Assembly: GCA_041447035.1 (NCBI GenBank)
Contig: JBGOFE010000049.1
Span: 1 to 40,657 of the forward strand
Direction: 5' to 3'
From: Candidatus Fervidibacter sp.
GTDB lineage: Bacteria; Armatimonadota; Fervidibacteria; Fervidibacterales; Fervidibacteraceae
DNA length: 40,657 bases
Shown: positions 9,421 through 16,466 of the stretch, piece by piece
How the letters are laid out: each line of letters opens with the position of its first letter
How positions within the stretch are numbered: position 1 is the first letter of the stretch
Notes under the pieces: generated by a model
What the model saw: only the letters and a program-made list of their open reading frames with translations
Database searches by the model: none
What the model was told of the DNA's origin: nothing
Translations under genes and position numbers: made by a program

Positions 9421-9493
9421 CTGTCCACCTGCCGACTTGCCAATTTTTTCCAACAACTGCCGACCTGCCCATCTTTTCCGTCCCGTGTCCCAT
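9421..9493. repeat. Composite 8-mer plus 7-mer repeat, second copy
   Basis: ctgtccac/ctgccgac/ttgccaat-tttttccaacaa-ctgccgac/ctgcccat then gtcccgt/gtcccat; same architecture as 7165-7273. Confidence 0.8.
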
Positions 9494-9499
9494 CCTTTC

Positions 9500-10600
9500 T
9501 CAACGGACACTGAGGGCTAAACCGCGCAGGAGCAAATGCCAACCATCCGCCAAAACAAAGAGCAACAACTTCAAGGGCAACGAGATAAGCATGGGGGGCA
9601 CCATCAACATGCCCAGTCCCATCAAGACGCTGGCGATCACGATGTCCACGACGAGGAAGGGCACGGAAAGGAGGAAGCCGATCTCAAAGCCCGTCCGCAC
9701 CTCGCTGAGGATGAAGGCGGGAATGAGGATGTGAGGCGGGACATCTTCAGGGCTTTTCGGGTTGGGCAAACGGGCGATGCGCAGGAACAAAGCGATGTCC
9801 TGTTCCCGCACTTGACGGAGCATGAACCGCTGGAAGGGACGGTAACCGGCGGCGATGGCTTGCTCGGTGTTCAGTTTGCCTTGCAGGTAAGGTCGCAAAG
9901 CGTTTTCATAGGCTGCTTGCAAAGTCGGTGCCATCACGAAGAGCGTCAGGAAAAGCGCCATGCCAATGAGGACGGGATTGGGCGGCGTTTGCGGGGTGCC
10001 CAGCGCCATCCGCAGCAAACTCAAGACGATGACGATGCGGGTGAAGCAAGTCATGACGGAAAGCAAAAAGGGCGCTAAGGCGATGAGCGTGAGCACTAAC
10101 AGAATTTGCACGGCTTCCCTTGTCAGGCTCAACTGACTTTGCCAGTTCGCCGTCGGCGATTGAGCGAACGCAACAGAGAAGGAAACGAGCAGCAGAAGGA
10201 AGACAGCGGGAAGATGTAGAGAGGTCGGCAGGTCGGCAGCCGGCAAATTGGCGGGCTGGGAGCGTCGTTCCTCTGCTCCGTCCTGCGTCCCTCGTCCCGA
10301 GTCCCATTTACCGTTTGTGCCTGTTGCTAATCGCCCTTCGTCGGTCGCTCCCTCCGTCACTTCGGTTAACAACTGGACGCTTTGGGGTGTGAGGGCGAGG
10401 AGGAAGGAGCGATGGTCGCAAGCGACGAGGGCGAGGCTTTTGCCGCCACCCAGCGGAAGGACTTCCAGCAACCGCAGGCGGCGTTTCGGGTTGACGACCA
10501 AGGGTTGCCATCGGCGCAGTGTCCAACCAAGCGCCCAAGCCAACCCGCAAACGAAGGCACAACTGAAGATGACCCGAAGCACCGACGCCCATTCCGCCAT
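9500..10600 (-). CDS. fliP: FliO-FliP fusion protein
   Basis: N-terminal FliO-like TM plus LRLLEVLPLGGGKSLALV...LLALTPQSVQLLTE; C-terminal FliP (MTCFTRIVIVL, TPPNPVLIGMALFLT, PAFILSE, ADGW); single open frame; ATG 10600 (TTG 10624 alternative). Confidence 0.88.
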   Translation of the reverse strand: MAEWASVLRVIFSCAFVCGLAWALGWTLRRWQPLVVNPKRRLRLLEVLPLGGGKSLALVACDHRSFLLALTPQSVQLLTEVTEGATDEGRLATGTNGKWDSGRGTQDGAEERRSQPANLPAADLPTSLHLPAVFLLLLVSFSVAFAQSPTANWQSQLSLTREAVQILLVLTLIALAPFLLSVMTCFTRIVIVLSLLRMALGTPQTPPNPVLIGMALFLTLFVMAPTLQAAYENALRPYLQGKLNTEQAIAAGYRPFQRFMLRQVREQDIALFLRIARLPNPKSPEDVPPHILIPAFILSEVRTGFEIGFLLSVPFLVVDIVIASVLMGLGMLMVPPMLISLPLKLLLFVLADGWHLLLRGLALSVR

Positions 10601-10628
10601 TGACCGCTCACCGTCCTTTCCCAAGCCC

Positions 10629-10949
10629 TTAAGTCGGTTTGATCAGTTCGGTGATGCGAACGCCGAGGCGTTCGCCGAGGACGACAACGACTTCGCCTTT
10701 GGCGATAAGGCGACCAGCGACATAGATGTCCACAGGCTCACCGATGGCTTTGTCCAATTCCAAAACGCTGCCAGGGGTCAGTTCCAGCAACTCTTGCAGG
10801 CTCACCTCCACGCGTCCCAATTCCACTTGAACGGGCAGTTCCAAAGAAGCCAACAAATCCCAAGGGATGGCGGCTTCTTGGCTGATGGCTTCCGCGTTTT
10901 CCAAAGGAGGAAAAGCGACAGGGCGAACCTCTTGCCGCTGCTCGCTCAT
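10629..10949 (-). CDS. fliN: Flagellar motor switch protein FliN
   Basis: SpoA domain (VELGR, GSVLELDKAIGEPVDI, AKGEVVV, GVRITE); ATG 10949 overlaps the fliM stop. Confidence 0.92.
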   Translation of the reverse strand: MSEQRQEVRPVAFPPLENAEAISQEAAIPWDLLASLELPVQVELGRVEVSLQELLELTPGSVLELDKAIGEPVDIYVAGRLIAKGEVVVVLGERLGVRITELIKPT

Positions 10950-11923
10950 TCCGCGCCACCTCGCTGAGAAGGAAGGATTTGGACGGCAAACTGACCGTCC
11001 TTGGTGCCTGGGCGGGCAAGGCAAAGGACTCGTTCGCCAAAGCAGATTTGGACGGGTGTCCCCTTAAACGCCTCTAAGACGATGACATCCCCTACTTGCA
11101 GTTGGCGCAATTCCCGAAGGCTCATGCGCCCCGTTCCCAACCGCACCCTGAAAGTCAAGGGCAAAGACCCTAAGGGATGGCGAGAAAGGTCATCAGGTGA
11201 GGGCGCTGGCTTGCGTTTCGTCGGTTGCTCCAACCCTTTCAAAGCATCGGGACGCAAACAAACCCACATTTGCCCGCTTTGTGCCCCCAGACGCAGTTCG
11301 TAATGAAGGGCATAAGCGCTTTGGTGGTCGGTGAGCAAGTTCAGTTGTTCGGGGTCAGTCATCAGGTGGGCGACATGGATGGGAGAGGGCTCGCTCGTCT
11401 CAGGGGTTAAAGCGCTGAGGAAAGTGCGCCCAATGAATTCGGCAAATTTCATCAGCAAGTTCACCTCCAATCGGCTCAAGGGACGCGAAAGGGAAGGCGG
11501 GATGCCAGGTCCGCCCAGCAACCTGTCTAAGGCGACCATCGCCAAGTTGTGGGTGAGGGCGAGGAAATGGTCACCCCCGAAGTTGCCCAGCGGGGCAAAG
11601 GTAGCGACGAACGCCTTGCCCTGCCACTCCTTAAGCATTTCCGACACCGAAACAAAGCCGTCACTTTGCAACCGCGCTTCCACAGGGAGGCGAAGGGACG
11701 AAATCAGGGCATAGCGGAGGGCGTAAGTGAATTGCTCTGCCCACTGACGCACCATCGCCCGCTGGCGGGGTGTGAGCGTCAGGGAAGTCGGCAGAGAAAA
11801 GGGTCGGATGGGGATGGCACGATGAAGCCGTCGTCGCCCCGATGACTTTTGAGACGCTTGCGTCAGTAACGCTTGCAACTCTTCGGGTTTGAGGTCGGCA
11901 AGCAATTTCGCCACCTCCGTCAT
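10946..11923 (-). CDS. fliM: Flagellar motor switch protein FliM
   Basis: DRLLGGPG and RPLSRLE motifs, C-terminal SpoA-like LQVGDVI; between fliL and fliN. Confidence 0.85.
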   Translation of the reverse strand: MTEVAKLLADLKPEELQALLTQASQKSSGRRRLHRAIPIRPFSLPTSLTLTPRQRAMVRQWAEQFTYALRYALISSLRLPVEARLQSDGFVSVSEMLKEWQGKAFVATFAPLGNFGGDHFLALTHNLAMVALDRLLGGPGIPPSLSRPLSRLEVNLLMKFAEFIGRTFLSALTPETSEPSPIHVAHLMTDPEQLNLLTDHQSAYALHYELRLGAQSGQMWVCLRPDALKGLEQPTKRKPAPSPDDLSRHPLGSLPLTFRVRLGTGRMSLRELRQLQVGDVIVLEAFKGTPVQICFGERVLCLARPGTKDGQFAVQILPSQRGGAE

Positions 11924-12462
11924 TGAGCGAGGAAAGTCGTGAAGTAAACCTGTTGGACTTCGCCGCTGCTCAAGACGCGGTTGATGGCGGTGCGAAGGCG
12001 GTCTCGCAACTGTCGTCGCCCTTGTGGTGTCAGCAACTCCTTGAAGGACGACGCCGACAACTCTTCAATGACGACATCCAAAATCTTCGCCCGCTTTTCG
12101 TCCAACTCCGCTTTGGTCGCCAATGCCAACGGAGGCAAGGACGCGTGAGCATCCTCCTTGCCCTCGCCGCTTTCGCTCCTGCTACTAACGGTGGGCACAT
12201 GCTGTTCTGCGTTGGCGCTCCCTTTGGCTAACACTTCCAGTTCAATCCCGACCTTCAAGTAGCGCCCTGGTTCTCGCAAGTTGACCGTTTGCTCGCCGAG
12301 GGAGTAAAAGAAGGTGATGGGCACGACTTCCACCTTTTGCTTTTCGGGTGAGGTCGTAACGACGCGACGCATCATCAAAGCACTGATGCCTGCGGCAGCA
12401 GCACCGGCGGCTAATGCGGCGGCAGCGACCAGCAAAATGGGCAAGCGCCCTGATCGTCCCAT
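11920..12462 (-). CDS. fliL: Flagellar basal body-associated protein FliL
   Basis: Single N-terminal TM, TVNLREPGRYLK, LLTPQGRRQLR, VYFTTFLAQ; AAGGAGG before ATG 12462. Confidence 0.9.
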   Translation of the reverse strand: MGRSGRLPILLVAAAALAAGAAAAGISALMMRRVVTTSPEKQKVEVVPITFFYSLGEQTVNLREPGRYLKVGIELEVLAKGSANAEQHVPTVSSRSESGEGKEDAHASLPPLALATKAELDEKRAKILDVVIEELSASSFKELLTPQGRRQLRDRLRTAINRVLSSGEVQQVYFTTFLAQ

Positions 12463-12515
12463 CGCTTTCGCACCTCCTTCCATGTTCCATCCTGCGCCCA
12501 AAGTCCCTCGTCCCG

Positions 12516-12809
12516 TCAAGGTTGACAATGTGGGCATGGCATAAAGCCCATTTCCAATGCTGCTTTGCGCGAGGGAAAAAGCACCCGTGAAAGGCGGGGA
12601 ATGTTTTCTGCCTCTTTGCAACGACTCCGATGGAATTGCCGCGTCGTCAGGTCGCCGATGTAGCGCGTCTGGTGGTGCTCAATCACTTTCTGCACATCTT
12701 GGCTGAGAGCATCTGAGTCCGTCGGGTAGCGTGCCGCTAACCAAAGGGCTTCGGCGGCAGCAAGGAACGCCACCGTCCAAGCAACGCCTTTCCACCAATG
12801 ACGCTTCAT
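12516..12809 (-). CDS. Membrane-anchored or exported protein with Ada-type metal-binding domain
   Basis: N-terminal hydrophobic segment; YIG...FHRSRC...F.SR..A...GFMPCPHCQP matches the Ada Zn-binding-like pattern; ATGA overlap with the motB stop; GGAG RBS. Confidence 0.75.
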   Translation of the reverse strand: MKRHWWKGVAWTVAFLAAAEALWLAARYPTDSDALSQDVQKVIEHHQTRYIGDLTTRQFHRSRCKEAENIPRLSRVLFPSRKAALEMGFMPCPHCQP

Positions 12810-13630
12810 CGCCCATCACTCCCGCCTTGCCGCTGCGGGGAGTTCGGTTCAGGGCGATAGGTCGGTTCGGCTCTTTGCCCTGATTCCGAAAGAAGCACAA
12901 GGTCAACCCGTCGGTTTAACCGTCGGTTCTCTTCGCTGGTGTTGGGCACAAGAGGACAAAACTCGCCGTAGCCGACGGCGGAAAGACGCCGAGGCGGCAC
13001 CCCGCACGCAATGAGGTAGCGGACGACCGCAACGGCACGGGCGACGGAAAGTTCCCAGTTGCTGGGATAGCGAGGGGTGTGGATGGGCAAATCGCAAGTG
13101 TGCCCTTCCACGCGAACAAACCGCCCCGAACGGATAATCAGTGGCGCTATGTCCCGAAGCACTCTTTGAGCCTCAGGCGACAAAGTGGCGCTCCCTTTGG
13201 CAAAAAAGATGCCGTCCGTCAAGAGGCTGATGACAAGCCCTCGTTCCTCTCGGTGGAGCAAGACTTTGCCTTCCAAATGCTGTCGCTCTATGTAACGCTC
13301 CACTGCTTCCTCTTCGTCATGCATTTCTGGCTTTTTGCCGGGGAGCAAGGGGACGACAAGGGGGCGACGGCTTTCAGGGGCGCCGAACTTCAACATGCCC
13401 CGTCCACCTTGCATCAACGCCTCGCCACTGCCAAACAGGGCTTGAAACTCTTCCATCAGCGCCTTGAACCGTTGGATGTCCAAGTTGCTGATGGCGTAGA
13501 GCATGATGAACAGCGCCAAGAGCAAAGTGATCATGTCGGCGTAAGTGATGAGCCAACGCATCATGCCGGCGGTCTCATGACCGCCGCCCCCTTCACCTTC
13601 TGCGTGCCGTCGCTTTGCCATTGTCGCCAT
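12806..13630 (-). CDS. motB: Flagellar stator protein MotB
   Basis: WLITYADMITLLL TM with the conserved Asp; OmpA-like domain (VEGHT, SNWELSVARA, NRRVD). Confidence 0.95.
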   Translation of the reverse strand: MATMAKRRHAEGEGGGGHETAGMMRWLITYADMITLLLALFIMLYAISNLDIQRFKALMEEFQALFGSGEALMQGGRGMLKFGAPESRRPLVVPLLPGKKPEMHDEEEAVERYIERQHLEGKVLLHREERGLVISLLTDGIFFAKGSATLSPEAQRVLRDIAPLIIRSGRFVRVEGHTCDLPIHTPRYPSNWELSVARAVAVVRYLIACGVPPRRLSAVGYGEFCPLVPNTSEENRRLNRRVDLVLLSESGQRAEPTYRPEPNSPQRQGGSDGR

Positions 13631-13666
13631 CCCTTGCTCACCTGCCTTCCGAACTTTTCATCGCGT

Positions 13667-14455
13667 TCATGCGGCGGCACCGACAGGTTGCTCGGTGACC
13701 TTTGAGCGCTCAGAGGGGGGCAAGTAGGAGGACAACTTCTCGGCGACCAAGCGAGGGTTTTCACCCGCTTGAATCGCCAAGATGCCCGCCATCGTCAACT
13801 CGTAAAGGACACGCCGTTCCGCCAAACGCGCCTTGAGTTTCCCTGCCAGAGGCAAGCAAATGAGGTTCGCAAAACCGACGCCGTAAAGGGTTGCGACGAA
13901 GGCGACGGCGATGGCGTGCGCCATCTTTTTGGGGTCGTCCGATTGCCCTAACGCATGCATCAAGCCCAACACAGCGCCCATGATGCCCATCGTCGGGGCG
14001 TAGCCGCCCAAACTCATGAAAAGCCCTTCGCCGACTTTCTCCCGTTCCTCCCACGCCGCCAGTTCGCTTTCCAAGACGGCATGGACGACTTCGGGCTCAG
14101 TGCCATCCACGACCAATTGCAAGCCTTTTTGGAGGAAGGGGTCGTCAATGCTGCGGGCATCTTCTTCTAACGCCAACAAGCCATCGCGGCGGGCTTTTTG
14201 GGCTAAGTCCACCAGTTGGCGCACTCGTTCCGCTAAGGGCAAGGGTGGGGCAAAAAGCGCCTCGCGCAGGAAGGCGGGCAGGCGCAAGAAATCGCTGAGG
14301 CTGAAGGAAGTAAGCGTCGCACCGACAGAGCCACCCACGATCAAGACAAGGGCGGGGATGTTGATGAGGGCACTAAGGTGGGTGCCCTCCAAGAGCGCTG
14401 TGCCCAGCAACGCCCCAAGACCTAAAACCAGACCGATAGCGGTCGCCAAATCCAT
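13667..14455 (-). CDS. motA: Flagellar stator protein MotA
   Basis: ARRDGLLALE, YAPTMGIMGAVLGL, AFVATLYG, IQAGENP. Confidence 0.95.
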   Translation of the reverse strand: MDLATAIGLVLGLGALLGTALLEGTHLSALINIPALVLIVGGSVGATLTSFSLSDFLRLPAFLREALFAPPLPLAERVRQLVDLAQKARRDGLLALEEDARSIDDPFLQKGLQLVVDGTEPEVVHAVLESELAAWEEREKVGEGLFMSLGGYAPTMGIMGAVLGLMHALGQSDDPKKMAHAIAVAFVATLYGVGFANLICLPLAGKLKARLAERRVLYELTMAGILAIQAGENPRLVAEKLSSYLPPSERSKVTEQPVGAAA

Positions 14456-14461
14456 CCGATA

Positions 14462-14683
14462 TCACCTGCCTCCTTGCCCTTCCAAGTTCGTCGGCGGGAG
14501 CGGGTTGTTGATCAACCGACGGTAACTGAGGATGCGGGCAATGACTTCTTCGGTGGGTTCACGGACGATGTAACGGTGCCCGTTGCTCAAAACGATCACC
14601 GTGTCTGGTGTCGCTTCCACCATCTCCACCAGTTCAGCGTTTAAGTAAAACGCCGTTCCATCCAAGCGATGCAGCAAAACCAT
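14462..14683 (-). CDS. flbD: Flagellar FlbD/SwrD family protein
   Basis: LHRLDG..FYLNAELVE.VEATPDTVIVL.NG pattern; canonical flgE-flbD-motA position. Confidence 0.88.
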   Translation of the reverse strand: MVLLHRLDGTAFYLNAELVEMVEATPDTVIVLSNGHRYIVREPTEEVIARILSYRRLINNPLPPTNLEGQGGR

Positions 14684-14727
14684 GCGCTCCCGCCTTCCTT
14701 TCGGATTGGCTCTTACCTTTGTCGTCG

Positions 14728-15939
14728 CTATCGTCGCAAGTTCAGGGCTTCCTGAATCAGTTCATCGGCGGCGAGGATAGTGCGGGCGGCGGCTTGGAAG
14801 GAGCGTTGGGCGATGAGGACTTGGGTGAGTTCTCTGGCTAAGTCCACATTGGACATCTCCAATCCGCCTCCTTGGACGCGCCCTGCTCCGCCAATCCCTG
14901 CGGGTAAAAAGCGAGGCGAGCCAGAGTTGCCCGAAACATTGAACAGGTTGTCGCCGACCCGTTCTAAACCTTCGGGATTGGTGAACATGGCGATGGCGAT
15001 TTGCGCGACGGGGCGGGTGACGCCGTTGGTGAAACTGGCGATAATGATGCCTCGTGCATCCACGGAGAAACTCTCCAAATCGCCCGGTGGGAAGCCATCT
15101 TGGAAAGTCGCTCCGACCGTTGTTTCCGACGCCAGTTGGCGGATGTTGGAGAAATCCACGGTGATGGTCTGAGGCGATGCCGCACCGTTGGTGAAAGTCA
15201 AGGTGACACTCCCTGTCCCGCCGCCGCTAACTTGACCGTTGCTGTCAAAAGTCACGGTGCCGCTGCCGACAGGGTTGCCGCCCAATCGTGCCTGCCAAGC
15301 CCAAGTGTTGACGCCCGTTTTCGTGAAGGTTAACTGGACGATGTGAGAGTTGCCGAGGCTGTCAAAAGCGGTGAAACTGAGGTTGACGGAATCGCCGACA
15401 TTTTTTCGGGAGTCCAAGTTGCCTTCAAAGCGCGTCAAGGTGGTCGCCCGTGCCGAGAGGCTTCCCGTCGGCAAAACGATAGGCACAGGGGTCGTTTGCG
15501 TGTTGATGGTGCCGCCAGAATCAGCGACCCAACCGAGCAAAATGCTGCCAGAGCCGATGTGCACCAAGTGCCCTTGGGCATCTAAGCGGAAAGAGCCGTC
15601 GCGGGTGAAGCGCACTTGGTCGCCCTTTTGGACAGCGAAAAACCCGTTGCCCAAAATCGCCAAGTCGGTCGGCATCCCTGTCGGGGTGAAAGTGCCTTGT
15701 GCCATCCGTGTCGCGATGGCGCTGACAAACACGCCCGTCCCGACCTGCAACGGGTTGGAGCCACCCACATTGGAGATGGGCGCCGTGGATGCCCGCAGCG
15801 TTTGATAAAAAGCGTCGGCGAAACTGACGCTTTGCGACTTGAACCCAGAAGTGTTCAAGTTCGCCAGATTGTTGGCGGCGACGGACAGCATGAAATCAGC
15901 GGCGCTGAGCGCCGAAAGGGCGGTTTGCATCACGCCCAT
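14728..15939 (-). CDS. flgE: Flagellar hook protein FlgE
   Basis: ANNLANLNTSGFK, DLAILGNGFF, FDSLGNSH, LEMSNVDL; 403 aa. Confidence 0.95.
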   Translation of the reverse strand: MGVMQTALSALSAADFMLSVAANNLANLNTSGFKSQSVSFADAFYQTLRASTAPISNVGGSNPLQVGTGVFVSAIATRMAQGTFTPTGMPTDLAILGNGFFAVQKGDQVRFTRDGSFRLDAQGHLVHIGSGSILLGWVADSGGTINTQTTPVPIVLPTGSLSARATTLTRFEGNLDSRKNVGDSVNLSFTAFDSLGNSHIVQLTFTKTGVNTWAWQARLGGNPVGSGTVTFDSNGQVSGGGTGSVTLTFTNGAASPQTITVDFSNIRQLASETTVGATFQDGFPPGDLESFSVDARGIIIASFTNGVTRPVAQIAIAMFTNPEGLERVGDNLFNVSGNSGSPRFLPAGIGGAGRVQGGGLEMSNVDLARELTQVLIAQRSFQAAARTILAADELIQEALNLRR

Positions 15940-16349
15940 CGTCCTTCACCTCCGCTTTGCGGGATAGTGATGGCAGAGACGGTGCTCAAAGGCACCGCTT
16001 TCGTTTCTGCACCCAATTGCACCAGCAAATGAGGCTGGTCTTCGTTGAAAGCGACGCTAACGACCGTGCCCTTTTGCCATTGCCCATCTATCAGGGCTTG
16101 AATTTCCCGCCCTAACATCAGCAACGCTTGCACGCGCTTCAATCCTTCAACGACCTCCGTCGCCGATTGCGCCGATTGCAAGGCGACAAATTGCTGGAGC
16201 ATCGCTTGGGTGTCGCCGACGGTGAACGGGTCTTGCATCTGCAATTGCGTCAAAAGCAGTTTCCAAAAGTCCTGTGCGGACAAAACAGCACGGTCAGCGG
16301 AAGGTGGCAAAGGATTGCCACCACTCAACGGCTCAACGCTCATCGGCAT
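15930..16349 (-). CDS. flgD: Hook capping protein FlgD
   Basis: DFWKLLLTQLQMQDP motif; directly upstream of flgE; AGGAGGG RBS. Confidence 0.88.
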   Translation of the reverse strand: MPMSVEPLSGGNPLPPSADRAVLSAQDFWKLLLTQLQMQDPFTVGDTQAMLQQFVALQSAQSATEVVEGLKRVQALLMLGREIQALIDGQWQKGTVVSVAFNEDQPHLLVQLGAETKAVPLSTVSAITIPQSGGEGRWA

Positions 16350-16375
16350 CGTTTCTCCCTCCTTTCGGAAGCGGG

Positions 16376-16458
16376 TAGCCAGTGGCGAGTAGCGAATAGC
16401 GACGGAGAGGCTCTTTCCATCGCCACTCGCTCCTCGCCCTATTTGCCCTTCGCTGCCG
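16376..16458. repeat. Two inverted blocks of degenerate 7-mer repeats (TRGCGAN family)
   Basis: tagccag/tggcgag/tagcgaa/tagcgac followed by reverse-oriented catcgcc/actcgct/cctcgcc... in the fliK-flgD gap. Confidence 0.7.
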
Positions 16459-16466
16459 TTTCCCTT

